A stretch of 64,000 nucleotides of DNA from a bacterium (GCA_027624795.1 JAQBTX010000001.1:27170-91169); one strand, 5' to 3'. Shown: positions 1 to 10,087, counted from the first letter of the stretch. Numbers and translations: made by a program. Notes: generated by a model from the letters alone, not told the origin.

Positions 1-114
1 GATTTCAGATTTAAATTGAGGGTAAGAAGTAAGGCTTTTGACCAATGCGTCTAGACATTGTTTTGTAATGTCCGCAGTGTTAAATGAAAGGATGATAACA
101 GATAGATTTATCAT
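1..114 (-). CDS. Glycosyltransferase family 2, N-terminal part (runs off window)
   Basis: Manual translation from ATG at 114: MINLSVIILSFNTADITKQCLDALVKS..., a typical GT2 N-terminus. Confidence 0.75.
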   Translation of the reverse strand, partial: MINLSVIILSFNTADITKQCLDALVKSLTSYPQFKSEI

Positions 115-147
115 AGAAAGTACCTACGAATATAGTAGCAGAAAACC

Positions 148-600
148 TTAACGCTTTGGAGACTGTTTTTTGCGTCGTGCTTTACCACCGGTTCCTACTT
201 TTCGTCGTTCTCGAACTCGTGGATCACGAGTAAGTAATCCATTTTCTTTAAGAATTGGGCGGGTTGCTTCATCTACTAAACAAAGTGCTCGAGATATACC
301 GAGCATGATTGCTTCGAGTTGACCCTTTTTACCGCCTCCTTGAACATGAATAGAAATCACAAATCGATCTGTAGATTTGTTTAATTCCAATGGCTGTAAA
401 TATTGCTTTTGTTCATGAAGCGAAGGAAAATATTCTGATGCCACTCGGTCATTTATGACTATATCTCCGTGCTTCAATACCAGATTATTAATCGTTACCC
501 GAGATGCCTTTGTTACCACTAAATACAGCCGCACTCGTGCCACCGAAGACATTCGTCGACCAACTGCTTCAAAATATTCAAGAGATTTTTTCTTAGGCAT
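148..600 (-). CDS. rpsI: 30S ribosomal protein S9
   Basis: GRR..SVARV, GGG..GQ..AI..GISRAL, LLTRDPR..ERRK, C-terminal QSPKR. Confidence 0.97.
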   Translation of the reverse strand: MPKKKSLEYFEAVGRRMSSVARVRLYLVVTKASRVTINNLVLKHGDIVINDRVASEYFPSLHEQKQYLQPLELNKSTDRFVISIHVQGGGKKGQLEAIMLGISRALCLVDEATRPILKENGLLTRDPRVRERRKVGTGGKARRKKQSPKR

Positions 601-615
601 AAAAGATAATAATTA

Positions 616-1047
616 TTATTTCGATGTAACTTCTGTATGTGGGTGCTCTGAGCCTTCATAAATATGAAGTCGAGAAAGACGCACGTCACGTAACTTATTT
701 TTTGGCAACATTCCTGAAACTGCATATCGTATGACTTTTCGTGAATCACGAAGCAATGCTTGCCCCAATGATACAGTTCTTCTTCCCCCGGGGTATCCAG
801 AATAGGTGTCGTACTCCTTATCTGCTAATTTCTTTCCGGTAACTGACACTTTTGATGCATTTATTACTACTACATGATCTCCATTATCAATATATGGTGC
901 ATAATTACGTTTTTCTTTTCCTTGCAATAATGTAGAAACATGGGTAGTTTCTCGTCCTAATGTTTTTCCTTCCATATCTACCAAGTGCCAAGAATGACTT
1001 ACTTCTTGGGCTTTGATTGATCGTGTTGATGTGGTTGTATGTGGCAT
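616..1047 (-). CDS. rplM: 50S ribosomal protein L13
   Basis: WHLVD..GKTLGR, GDHVVVINA, SGYPGG, AVSGMLPKNKL; start trimmed to ATG 1047. Confidence 0.97.
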   Translation of the reverse strand: MPHTTTSTRSIKAQEVSHSWHLVDMEGKTLGRETTHVSTLLQGKEKRNYAPYIDNGDHVVVINASKVSVTGKKLADKEYDTYSGYPGGRRTVSLGQALLRDSRKVIRYAVSGMLPKNKLRDVRLSRLHIYEGSEHPHTEVTSK

Positions 1048-1063
1048 AGGTTTGTATAATAAC

Positions 1064-1546
1064 TTATTTTTTCGCATCAACTTTTTTTGTAGATTCAGCT
1101 TTCTTATTTTTAGAATCTTTTATTTTCGTATCAGATGCTTCTTTTGCTTTCACGGTCTTTTTTGGTTTCAAAGAATCCCAGTCAATTACAATAGGATGAG
1201 CCCATTCTACTCGCACCATCATAGCACCATCTCTTAATCGTCGATTCAACCGCACAATTCGTACATATCCCCCATCAATAGTCGCGATAGCTTTTCCTAC
1301 TTGATCAAAGAGCATTTCGATCGTTTTGCGATCGGGAAAATATTGCTTTAAGTATATGGTGTTTTGTTCAGAACGTGTCTTCATCTTGAATACGACATGA
1401 TCTAACCGCTGCTTCATAGCTTTGCCACGGGCAAGAGTAGTCTCTACATGTGCATGCTCTAAGAAATTAACTACCAGCTTGCGCATGATCATCCGATTAG
1501 AATCTACTCCGTTATGGAACTTAATATTTTTAATTCTATGTCTCAT
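1064..1546 (-). CDS. rplQ: 50S ribosomal protein L17 with Lys-rich tail
   Basis: MRHR, ETTLARGK, GGYVRIVRL..R..DGA; follows rpoA. Confidence 0.95.
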   Translation of the reverse strand: MRHRIKNIKFHNGVDSNRMIMRKLVVNFLEHAHVETTLARGKAMKQRLDHVVFKMKTRSEQNTIYLKQYFPDRKTIEMLFDQVGKAIATIDGGYVRIVRLNRRLRDGAMMVRVEWAHPIVIDWDSLKPKKTVKAKEASDTKIKDSKNKKAESTKKVDAKK

Positions 1547-1549
1547 GGG

Positions 1550-2467
1550 TTATAAAATTTCTACATCCATCTTCCTTAGCTCCTCTACAACAAGATCTAT
1601 GGATTTTTTCCCAACACCTTTAAGATTGGTTAATTCATCTCTTCCCCGCTCTACCAAGTCTGCTACTGTTTCGATGTTTTCTCGAAGCAATGCATTAATT
1701 ACTCGAGAAGGAAGGTTTAATTCGTCAATAATAGTTTCGTATGCTTTTGGATTTGCATTATCTGCTGATGCACCTGCTTCACTATTGGTGACTGCTGTTC
1801 TATCGCCACCTTCTACGATAGAAGTATAATGCTTTGAAAGTATTGATGACGATTGTTTGATCGATTCTTCTGGATCAATTGTTCCATCAGTCCATACTTC
1901 CATAATAAGTCTCTCAAAATCACTCTTACGCCCCACACGAGCTTGTTCTACTTTAAAATTTACACGCTCAATTGGAGAGTAAGAAGAATCAATTGCAATA
2001 TATCCAGTTTCTTTTACTTTATCTTCAGATGCTTGGAATCCGTAACCCACATCTACAATTGCATCGATGATGAGCTCTGCTTTTTTATCAGTTGTTTCTG
2101 TTATATAAAGATCGCCATTTACTATTTCAATATCACCTTCAAAATCTTTTGCATGCACTTTCTGAGCACCTTTTATAGAAAGTTTTATATGAAATGGCCC
2201 TGTTCCATTCGTTTTAAATCGAATTTGCTTTAAATTAAGGGTAATATCAAGAACAGATTCTTTTACCCCATCAATGGTGGTAAATAAATGTGAGGCTTGT
2301 TCAAATTTTACCTGTCCAATGGCAGCTCCAGGAAGTGAAGAAAGTAATGTTCGTCTCAGAGCATTACCCATACTATTTCCAAAACTGGTATTTAATGGTT
2401 CATATATAAATCTACCGAATGAATTATTTTTTTCATCAACGGTTACAGTAAACATAGGTGCTATCAT
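1550..2467 (-). CDS. rpoA: RNA polymerase alpha subunit
   Basis: GNALRRTLLSSLPG, GVKESVLDITLNLK, alpha-CTD LNLPSRVINAL/GVGKKS. Confidence 0.98.
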   Translation of the reverse strand: MIAPMFTVTVDEKNNSFGRFIYEPLNTSFGNSMGNALRRTLLSSLPGAAIGQVKFEQASHLFTTIDGVKESVLDITLNLKQIRFKTNGTGPFHIKLSIKGAQKVHAKDFEGDIEIVNGDLYITETTDKKAELIIDAIVDVGYGFQASEDKVKETGYIAIDSSYSPIERVNFKVEQARVGRKSDFERLIMEVWTDGTIDPEESIKQSSSILSKHYTSIVEGGDRTAVTNSEAGASADNANPKAYETIIDELNLPSRVINALLRENIETVADLVERGRDELTNLKGVGKKSIDLVVEELRKMDVEIL

Positions 2468-2491
2468 AAAATATAATAAATTAGTAAATAA

Positions 2492-3112
2492 TTAACGTGA
2501 ATAATATTCAATAACAAGGCGCAAATTTACTTGCTGCCCAATAAGTGAGTTGTCGGGTATTCCTGTCAGGGTTCCTGTCTCTTTTTTGAGGGTAAGCCAT
2601 TCGGGAATAACAACCTCATTATTTTCTCTAAATTCCTGAATATAGGGAATTTCTTTTGCTGCTTTAGAACCATAGGTCACTTCAGAACCAGTTTTAACTT
2701 GATACGATGGTGAGCTTAACTTTTTACCATCGACATGCACATTCCCATGATTGACTAATTGACGTGCAGCGGCTCGCGTAGGAGTTAATCCAAGACGATA
2801 CACTATATTATCAAGTCTTCGTTCAAGAAGTTCACATAAATACACTCCGGTGTTTCCTTTTTTGCGAGATGCTACATCAAAATATTTCTTTAGTTGCTTT
2901 TCACTGGTGCCAAAAAGGTATTGAATTTTCTGTTTTTCACGTAGCTGTCTTGAATGTTCTGACTCTTTTCTACGACGCTTTGCACCATGCTGTCCTGGCG
3001 GTATATTAAGCCTTCTAAGAAGTGTAGCATGAGCTTTAGTTCCTGGTGTTTTTAATCCAAGATCAACTTGCTCTCTGCGTGATATTCTATTTTTTGGTCC
3101 AGTGTATCTCAT
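2492..3112 (-). CDS. rpsD: 30S ribosomal protein S4
   Basis: RYTGP, QLREKQK, LERRLDNIVYRLG, ARQLVNHG, EYYSR. Confidence 0.98.
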   Translation of the reverse strand: MRYTGPKNRISRREQVDLGLKTPGTKAHATLLRRLNIPPGQHGAKRRRKESEHSRQLREKQKIQYLFGTSEKQLKKYFDVASRKKGNTGVYLCELLERRLDNIVYRLGLTPTRAAARQLVNHGNVHVDGKKLSSPSYQVKTGSEVTYGSKAAKEIPYIQEFRENNEVVIPEWLTLKKETGTLTGIPDNSLIGQQVNLRLVIEYYSR

Positions 3113-3130
3113 GTATTATTATAATTTCAA

Positions 3131-3529
3131 TTAAACTCTGCGTAATTTGGGCGGACGAACACCATTATGTGGAATAGGGGTGACATCAACAATCTTCCCA
3201 ATTTCTAAATTGGATCCTCGTATTGCTCGAAGTGACGCTTCTCTTCCTGGTCCAATGCCTTTTACATATATATCAAGCTTTCTCAGATTATGTACTTCTT
3301 TAGCCTTATCAAGTGCCGCTTCTGTAGTAACCGTTCCTGCATAAGGAGTGGATTTTCGTGTCCCCGTAAAACCGTGCATTCCACAAGAGCTTACCACTAA
3401 TGTTGCACCTGCTTCATCGGTTATGGTAACCAAGGTATTGTTGAATGTAGCAGATATATATATTCGCCCTGATTCAACGACTCTTTTTTGTTTTGCTCGC
3501 TTTATTGTTTTATTGGGTTGATTAGCCAT
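3131..3529 (-). CDS. rpsK: 30S ribosomal protein S11
   Basis: TFNNTLVTITD, RKSTPYA, KGIGPGRE, DVTPIPHNG. Confidence 0.98.
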   Translation of the reverse strand: MANQPNKTIKRAKQKRVVESGRIYISATFNNTLVTITDEAGATLVVSSCGMHGFTGTRKSTPYAGTVTTEAALDKAKEVHNLRKLDIYVKGIGPGREASLRAIRGSNLEIGKIVDVTPIPHNGVRPPKLRRV

Positions 3530-3549
3530 AGTCTATAAATTCAATACAA

Positions 3550-3948
3550 TTATTTTTTTTCTTCTAACTTTGCCCATGCTTCTTTAGAAAGGGCACCTAC
3601 TGTTCTCCGTTTACCTCGTTTGGTACGAGCGTTAGATCTTGTTCGTTGACCGCGTGTTGGAAGCCCCATACTATGTCTTATTCCACGATAAGAACCAATT
3701 TCTCGTAATCGTTTGATATTTTCATTTCGTTCTTCTCTCAATCTTCCTTCTACCAGATTACCTTTTTCAATAGCACCTATTAATAGCTTAAGTTGATCTT
3801 CTGTAATATCTTTAACTCGCGTACTCTCATCGATTTTTGTTTTTTCTAAGATCTGCTTTGAGCTTGTCCAACCAATACCAAATATAAGCGTAAGTGCGTA
3901 ATCAATCCTCTTATTTTCTGGTAGGATTATTCCCATGAGTCGCTGCAT
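3550..3948 (-). CDS. rpsM: 30S ribosomal protein S13
   Basis: ALTLIFGIG, YRGIRH..GLPTRGQRTRSNART. Confidence 0.98.
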   Translation of the reverse strand: MQRLMGIILPENKRIDYALTLIFGIGWTSSKQILEKTKIDESTRVKDITEDQLKLLIGAIEKGNLVEGRLREERNENIKRLREIGSYRGIRHSMGLPTRGQRTRSNARTKRGKRRTVGALSKEAWAKLEEKK

Positions 3949-4010
3949 ATAGTGTTATAAATCTAAAATAATTATTTATATTGATAAATTGTCATTCATA
4001 ATTTAGGGTA

Positions 4011-4127
4011 TTACCCTTGACGCTGTTTATGCTTAGGGTTTCTTTTGCAAATCACATACATTGCGCCTTTGCGCACTACTATACTGCATCCTTCACATAA
4101 TTTTGTTACTCCTGATCGTACATTCAT
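4011..4127 (-). CDS. rpmJ: 50S ribosomal protein L36 (not in ORF track)
   Basis: Manual translation [38 protein letters not shown]; between infA and rpsM. Confidence 0.96.
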   Translation of the reverse strand: MNVRSGVTKLCEGCSIVVRKGAMYVICKRNPKHKQRQG

Positions 4128-4146
4128 ATTTTGTATGGCAATTGTA

Positions 4147-4368
4147 TCATGATGACTTACGATATACTATACGACCACGGTCCAAGTCGTATTGCGTAAG
4201 TTCGACTTTTACTTTGTCTCCGGGCAATATCTTAATATAATGTTTCCTCATCTTTCCAGATAAGTAGCACAAAAGTACTTTATCACCTTCATTGAGTTGT
4301 ACCTTAAATAAGGTGTTAGGGAGGTTTTCAATTACCTCGCCTTCAACTACTAGAACATCGTTCTTCAT
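4147..4368 (-). CDS. infA: Translation initiation factor IF-1
   Basis: [41 protein letters not shown]. Confidence 0.98.
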   Translation of the reverse strand: MKNDVLVVEGEVIENLPNTLFKVQLNEGDKVLLCYLSGKMRKHYIKILPGDKVKVELTQYDLDRGRIVYRKSS

Positions 4369-4392
4369 AGAAAGGTATATTCTAACACAAAC

Positions 4393-5142
4393 TCACGTTA
4401 AAATATAGGGTTTTTCACCATCTATGGCTATAGACTTCTCAAAACATGCTGACAAGCTCCGATCGGCAGAAATTATCGACCACTCAAGCTCTCGTTCATA
4501 TGCTATATGCTCGGTGCTTTGTGCATATATAATTTCTACTGCTAAAGTCATTCCGGACTGTAGCAACAGTGTTTTTTCTATTGGCCTCTCAAGATAATTT
4601 AAAATATATGGTTTCTCATGGAGCGCTTTTCCTATTCCATGACCGGTTAGTTCTTTTAATATACAATATCCACCACCGGTAATTTGTGTTTCAATAAATT
4701 GAGAAATCGTACCTACTCGCTCTCCACTCTTAAACATTTTCAGAGCTTTTTCAAGTGTTTGTTCTCCTTTTTGCAAAAAATCCTTTGTCGATTGTGGTAC
4801 CGTTCCCAACGCTATGGTTGTCGCATAATCAGTGTGATACCCTTGGTAAACAACTCCAATATCTACCGTTAGAATGTCTCCGTCTTTAAGTATCCTATCA
4901 GTTGGTGGGGTATGTACTGCTTGTTCATTGATTGGTAAACAAGTGGTCCATAAATACCCAGAAACTGTTTTGAATGATGCGCTACCTCCTCGTTTAAGTA
5001 TGAGAGCTTCTGCTTTTGCATCTATTTCATTCGTTGTCATGCCAACTGCTATAGTGGGAATAAGAATCTCTATTACTTCTCGTAATATTTCACCACTCTT
5101 CTTCATTTTTTGCAACTCCTGCTTAGTTTTGATGTATTGCAT
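4393..5142 (-). CDS. map: Methionine aminopeptidase type I
   Basis: DGDILTVDIG, YHTDYATT, LTGHGIG..LHE, AVE; between adk and infA. Confidence 0.93.
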   Translation of the reverse strand: MQYIKTKQELQKMKKSGEILREVIEILIPTIAVGMTTNEIDAKAEALILKRGGSASFKTVSGYLWTTCLPINEQAVHTPPTDRILKDGDILTVDIGVVYQGYHTDYATTIALGTVPQSTKDFLQKGEQTLEKALKMFKSGERVGTISQFIETQITGGGYCILKELTGHGIGKALHEKPYILNYLERPIEKTLLLQSGMTLAVEIIYAQSTEHIAYERELEWSIISADRSLSACFEKSIAIDGEKPYILT

Positions 5143-5151
5143 ATCGATTTA

Positions 5152-6276
5152 CTAAGAGAAGTAAACTTCACGATACACTTCTTCAAGCTTATGCTGCAGA
5201 TCGTCACGAGAATAATTATTTTTGACCACAAAATCTGCATAGGCAATAGTTGGACCCATATGGGTGTTAATAAGCTCATCAAGATCTCGCTCTGGACCGG
5301 AAAGTGATGAACGCTCTCCTCTTTTTTTAATCCGCTTATACCGTTTTGCTTTATCGGCATACAAACAGAGTATAAATACTCGAGTTTTGGGAAATTCCTT
5401 CATGATATACTCATACTCTTCCCATGACCTCATTCCTTGAATGACAATAAGTGATTTTGTTTCAAGTGCTTTTTCTATTTTGACTTTACTTAACTTTGCC
5501 ATCGCTTCAAATCCATGCTTACTGCGAAGACCCTGGCGAACTTCATGATGGTTTTTAAGCGTATGGGGTTTGCCACTTTTTTCTATGGTGGAATTTACGA
5601 TATCAGAAAACGATACAGCGGGAATTCCCTTTTTGCGAAAATAATCTGCCGCTTCAGACTTGCCAGATCCTGGCATACCTACAATACACAGAATAATGGG
5701 ACTTTTCTGCTTCCATACATGAATACGGTTTTTCACCAATTGCTTGCCGAGGGATTTAAGGATGGCTTGATTTACTTCTTTAATATCTAAAGTGCCATCG
5801 ATAGTAGAAAGTCGATCTTGTTTTTCGTAATAATTAAGTACAGGAATAGTATGTATCTTAAACATTTCGATACGTTTTTTTATAGCAATAATCGTATCGT
5901 CATCACGCTTTTCATTCCGATACGCGAGTCGCCACAATGCTTCTTTATCGGGTATCTCTATATGAATTACCTGGTCGACATTATTAATAAACTCTTTTGC
6001 TTGAGCTATGGTTCGAGGAAAGCCGTCCAATATATAGCCCTTTTTATATCCAGGTTTAGAAAGGTAAGAATTTACTATTTCAATTACTTTCCCATCGGGT
6101 ATGAGGGCACCAGAACTCATAAGTTCTTTTACGTAGCGACCCAAACTGGTTTTTTCTTTTGCTATATCTCTGAATATATGCCCCGTGGAAAGATACGGTA
6201 TGTTGAGTTGGCGTGATAACAAATTACCTTGTGTTGACTTACCAGCTCCTTGTATTCCTATGAGTACCAGCTTCAT
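5152..6276 (-). CDS. adk: Adenylate kinase (short LID) fused to a second P-loop kinase domain (UPF0200/dephospho-CoA-kinase-like)
   Basis: N-domain GIQGAGKSTQ, LSTGHIFR, ILDGFPRT; C-domain GMPGSGKS, GMRSWEE, ERDLDEL, IAYADFVVKN. Confidence 0.9.
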   Translation of the reverse strand: MKLVLIGIQGAGKSTQGNLLSRQLNIPYLSTGHIFRDIAKEKTSLGRYVKELMSSGALIPDGKVIEIVNSYLSKPGYKKGYILDGFPRTIAQAKEFINNVDQVIHIEIPDKEALWRLAYRNEKRDDDTIIAIKKRIEMFKIHTIPVLNYYEKQDRLSTIDGTLDIKEVNQAILKSLGKQLVKNRIHVWKQKSPIILCIVGMPGSGKSEAADYFRKKGIPAVSFSDIVNSTIEKSGKPHTLKNHHEVRQGLRSKHGFEAMAKLSKVKIEKALETKSLIVIQGMRSWEEYEYIMKEFPKTRVFILCLYADKAKRYKRIKKRGERSSLSGPERDLDELINTHMGPTIAYADFVVKNNYSRDDLQHKLEEVYREVYFS

Positions 6277-6300
6277 TGGGTTTTCAGAATATGAAATGTA

Positions 6301-6474
6301 TTAATCGAGCTTCTTCTTTTCCTTATGATCTGTTGCCTTATTACACATCTTGCAGTATTTTTTCAATGCAAGTGGTTCAACAGTATTCACTTTGTTCTTT
6401 TCGGTAACATAATTCATAGATGAACAAGTTTTACAAACCAATCCGATTATTATGCGTGATCCTTTTTTTGCCAT
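6301..6474 (-). CDS. rpmG: 50S ribosomal protein L33, zinc-ribbon type (not in ORF track)
   Basis: Manual translation MAKKGSRIIIGLVCKTCSSMNYVTEKNKVNTVEPLALKKYCKMCNKATDHKEKKKLD*. Confidence 0.95.
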   Translation of the reverse strand: MAKKGSRIIIGLVCKTCSSMNYVTEKNKVNTVEPLALKKYCKMCNKATDHKEKKKLD

Positions 6475-6519
6475 AGTGTTTAAACTAATAGATAATTATT
6501 ATACATCAATTATGTGTAA

Positions 6520-7806
6520 TTACATGGTAAACCGGTCATAGTTTTTCATGACCAGTTGTGAATCAATTTGTTTGAATGTCTCCAAAACAACTGACACTAC
6601 AATGAGTATACCCGTTCCTCCAATAACAAGATTATTTAAGTCGGTAATGAGCGAGACGAGTGCTGGTAGCACTGCAATGAGTCCCAAAAAGACTGCTCCA
6701 AAGGTAGTGATTCGATACACCACGCTTTGCAAATACGCCTTTGTTGCAGAGCCAGGACGAATTCCTGGTATAAATCCTCCATGCTTTTGTATTTCATCAG
6801 ATATTTTTTGAGGGTTAAATACCACAATGGTATAAAAGAAGGTAAATGCTACTACAAGAACAAAGTACGTAGCGTTGTATACAAATCCTGACGGATCGAA
6901 AGAAGTCGCCAGAAATGTCCCGATTCCCGCAAGTGTGGGATTAGGTAAATATCGAGTAAAGTTTCCGATGATTTGCGGAAAAAGCACAAAGGACACAGCA
7001 AAAATGATAGGTATAACTCCGGCTTGATTCAGCTTAAGAGGAAGGTAATTGTTTGCGGCCTGATACATACGATTTCCTTTTATCCGCCGTGCATAATATA
7101 CGGGAATCCTTCGTACTGCCTCGTTTATAAATACAACTGACGCTATAACAAAGATTGCTATAACAATAAAAACCACCATACTTATGGCGACTGTCGAATC
7201 AAATGTACTTATAGTTCTACCGAGTATTACCGGGATGCGCCCTACAATTCCCGCAAATATAATAACAGATATGCCATTTCCCAAACCATTTTCTGTAATA
7301 AGCTCACCTAGCCACATAATGATAAAGGTTCCTGCAAGAAGGGTAAGTACAAAAGAGAAGAACTCAATGGGGCTCAATATATCGATGATTCCTTGATTAC
7401 GAAGTAACATATAGATCCCCACCGCTTGAATAAGCGTAAGTGGTATTGTTAATAATCTGGTGTATTGATTAATTTTTGCTCTGCCTGCTTCACCTTCTTT
7501 AGTTAGTATCTCAAGTTGTGGAATAACCATGGTAATCAACTGTATTATGATTGAGGCATTAATATACGGTGTCAAACCCAAGGCCATAACAGAGAAATTA
7601 ACCAGAGTTCCCCCTGAAAATATATCAAGAAGTGATAAGAATTGACTTGAAGCAAAAAGTGCCTTTAACTGAGCAAGATCAATTGCAGGGACGGGTAAAA
7701 ATGCGAAAATGCGAAACACGAGAATAATTCCAAACGTTACCGCTGTCTTTCTGCGTAAGTTAGGATCTTTGAGGAGTAAGGAAAATTTTTGTAATATATG
7801 GTTCAT
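6520..7806 (-). CDS. secY: Preprotein translocase SecY
   Basis: ALGLTPYINASII, WLGELITENGLGNG, NQAGVIPIIFA, FIPGIRPG, GGTGILIVV. Confidence 0.98.
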   Translation of the reverse strand: MNHILQKFSLLLKDPNLRRKTAVTFGIILVFRIFAFLPVPAIDLAQLKALFASSQFLSLLDIFSGGTLVNFSVMALGLTPYINASIIIQLITMVIPQLEILTKEGEAGRAKINQYTRLLTIPLTLIQAVGIYMLLRNQGIIDILSPIEFFSFVLTLLAGTFIIMWLGELITENGLGNGISVIIFAGIVGRIPVILGRTISTFDSTVAISMVVFIVIAIFVIASVVFINEAVRRIPVYYARRIKGNRMYQAANNYLPLKLNQAGVIPIIFAVSFVLFPQIIGNFTRYLPNPTLAGIGTFLATSFDPSGFVYNATYFVLVVAFTFFYTIVVFNPQKISDEIQKHGGFIPGIRPGSATKAYLQSVVYRITTFGAVFLGLIAVLPALVSLITDLNNLVIGGTGILIVVSVVLETFKQIDSQLVMKNYDRFTM

Positions 7807-8243
7807 TCTACCTTCCCGCCGGCTTTTTCTATAGCTTCTTTAGCCGATTTAGTAACTGGTAATCGTACAGTGAGCACAATATCTATTGTACCCCCTCCGA
7901 CTACTTTTATGTTACGGTTTTTATCATCTGAAGAAATGATCCCTTCAGAAAGAAGTGTCTCCTGAGATACTTCTGTTCCTGTTTTAAGTTTGCTTAGCTG
8001 TTCAATGGTCACTACGAGCGATTTTGGATTTACCACTTTATTTCTTCCTTTTCCACGAAGCAACGGAAAGCGTTTTGTAAATCGATTCTGACCACCTTCA
8101 AAATGAAGAGGAATATCAGTTCGTGCTGTTTGATGTCGTGTGGTTCCTCGACCAGATTTATTCCCCGCTCCAGATCCAGTTCCACGACCTAAGCGCTTTT
8201 TAGATAAGGCTACAATTGCTGGTAGTGATGATAATATATTCAT
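7803..8243 (-). CDS. rplO: 50S ribosomal protein L15
   Basis: RLGRGTGSG.G..SGRG, FEGGQ, IEKAGGKVE; start trimmed to ATG 8243. Confidence 0.96.
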   Translation of the reverse strand: MNILSSLPAIVALSKKRLGRGTGSGAGNKSGRGTTRHQTARTDIPLHFEGGQNRFTKRFPLLRGKGRNKVVNPKSLVVTIEQLSKLKTGTEVSQETLLSEGIISSDDKNRNIKVVGGGTIDIVLTVRLPVTKSAKEAIEKAGGKVE

Positions 8244-8256
8244 ATGAGTCAAGTAA

Positions 8257-8748
8257 TTAAACCGATTTAACCGATTTAGTTGATTTTTTAATGCGCTCCT
8301 TCATCTGCTTTAATGCTTCAATTACCGCGTATGCATTGGTTATTTGATTTCGGGAACCCATGATCTTTCCTGATGCATTACTTACCCCCGCGATGTCAAG
8401 AATAACACGTACTACTCCTCCAACTTTGAGACCCGTTCCAGGAGGTGCCGGCTTTAAAAGAACTCGTGCTGATTTAAATTTCACGGTTATCTCATGAGGA
8501 AGTGATTCGTTAAAAATGGGAACCGTCACCATAGCACGTCGTGCATGAGATATTCCTTTATTGATAGCCTGAGGAACTTCTCTGCCCCGTCCAAGACCAA
8601 TACCAACTTTTCCCTTTCCATCTCCCACTGCAACGAGTGAAGAAAACGTAACGCTATTTCCTCCCGTTGTCTTTTTAGATACTCGGCGTATATGGAGTAC
8701 TCGTTCATCAATTCCATCTGTACTTTCTTTTTTTCTTCGCATTGTCAT
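8257..8748 (-). CDS. rpsE: 30S ribosomal protein S5
   Basis: RVSKKTTGG, VAVGDGKGKVGIG, LLKPAPPGTG. Confidence 0.97.
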   Translation of the reverse strand: MTMRRKKESTDGIDERVLHIRRVSKKTTGGNSVTFSSLVAVGDGKGKVGIGLGRGREVPQAINKGISHARRAMVTVPIFNESLPHEITVKFKSARVLLKPAPPGTGLKVGGVVRVILDIAGVSNASGKIMGSRNQITNAYAVIEALKQMKERIKKSTKSVKSV

Positions 8749-8756
8749 GTATAAAA

Positions 8757-9119
8757 TTAAACTGTTATTCCTCCCGCGCGAATCCCTTCTGCAAGAGCTT
8801 TAACGCGACCTTTGTAAAGGTATGAACCTCTATCAAAAATGGCTATTGTAACCTTCTGTATTGTGAGTTTCTCAGCTAAGGATTTTCCAACCAATGCGGC
8901 AACCTCTGACTTAGTAGTTTTTGACTCTTTGAGGGTTCTACTATCTGCACTTACTAATGTTTTTGCAGCGTCATCATCTATGGCCTGCGCATATATATAT
9001 TTATTAGATCGATATACACTTACTCGAGGGCGCTCTGCTGTGCCATGCATATTTGAACTTACTCGTTTTTTTCTTCGTGCTCTTTGAGCTAATAGTTTAT
9101 TTTTCATAGTATTAAGCAT
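8757..9119 (-). CDS. rplR: 50S ribosomal protein L18
   Basis: GTAERPRVSVYRSNKYIYAQ, FDRG.YLYKGRVKALA; start may be 9107. Confidence 0.97.
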   Translation of the reverse strand: MLNTMKNKLLAQRARRKKRVSSNMHGTAERPRVSVYRSNKYIYAQAIDDDAAKTLVSADSRTLKESKTTKSEVAALVGKSLAEKLTIQKVTIAIFDRGSYLYKGRVKALAEGIRAGGITV

Positions 9120-9126
9120 TAATTAA

Positions 9127-9669
9127 TTATGCTGTTTTTGCTTTCTTTCCGGGTTTCAACTTTATATGTTCACCTTCGTATCGTATACCTTTTCCTTTGT
9201 AGGGATCCGGTTTTCTGGATGATTTTATTTGATGTGCAATTTCACCAACAAATTGTTTATCTATGCCAGATACGACAATGATTGTATTTCCTTCCATTGA
9301 AAAAGTTATCTCTTCTACCGGAGCAATGACTACTGGGTGAGAATAGCCTAATTTAAGCACTAATCCCTGCCCTTGCATCTTACCATTAAATCCGGTTCCT
9401 ACAATCTCAAGTCTCTTTGACCAAACCGTTTCTACTCCGATAATTGCATTTTGAATAAGAGTACGATAGAGTCCATGAAACGATTTCTGCTTCTTAGAAT
9501 CATTTTTTCTGATTATTGTGAGTGTACCATCAACATATTCAGTCGTTAAAAAATGTGGCAAAACATATGACAATTCCCCTTTGGAACCTTTTATCGATAT
9601 AGACAAGCCATCGATTTGCACTGTTACAGCAGCGGGAACAATAATAGGGTTTTGGCCAATTTTAGACAT
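9127..9669 (-). CDS. rplF: 50S ribosomal protein L6
   Basis: MSKIG, LGYSHP, PDPYKGKGIRY; start trimmed to ATG 9669. Confidence 0.97.
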   Translation of the reverse strand: MSKIGQNPIIVPAAVTVQIDGLSISIKGSKGELSYVLPHFLTTEYVDGTLTIIRKNDSKKQKSFHGLYRTLIQNAIIGVETVWSKRLEIVGTGFNGKMQGQGLVLKLGYSHPVVIAPVEEITFSMEGNTIIVVSGIDKQFVGEIAHQIKSSRKPDPYKGKGIRYEGEHIKLKPGKKAKTA

Positions 9670-9670
9670 A

Positions 9671-10051
9671 TTACCAAATATAAAATAATAACTCACCACC
9701 AACTTGCTTCTTTTTAGCTTCAGGTCCTGTCAGAATTCCTTGAGAGGTAGACAAGAGTGAATACCCGAGTCCACCACGCACTGATTTTACCTCTTTATAT
9801 TGAGTATAAATTCTTCTTCCTGGCTTAGAATGTACTTTTACATCAGTAACTACTGGTTCTCCGTTTTCATATTTCAACACAATAGTAATATTCTTTCTTA
9901 ATTCTCCCGTCACCTCATAACTAAGGATGTATCCTAATTTTTGCAGCTTTGCCAACACCGATACACGAAATTTTGAATGCGGTGAAGATATCTGCTCTCT
10001 ACGAGCCATATATCCATTCTTTATGCGGATAATCAAATCAATAATTGCCAT
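9671..10051 (-). CDS. rpsH: 30S ribosomal protein S8
   Basis: RIKNG, SKPGRRIY, STSQGILT, GGELL..IW. Confidence 0.97.
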   Translation of the reverse strand: MAIIDLIIRIKNGYMARREQISSPHSKFRVSVLAKLQKLGYILSYEVTGELRKNITIVLKYENGEPVVTDVKVHSKPGRRIYTQYKEVKSVRGGLGYSLLSTSQGILTGPEAKKKQVGGELLFYIW

Positions 10052-10087
10052 AATCGTTGTATAAAATTTAGTTTTGAATAATTAATA

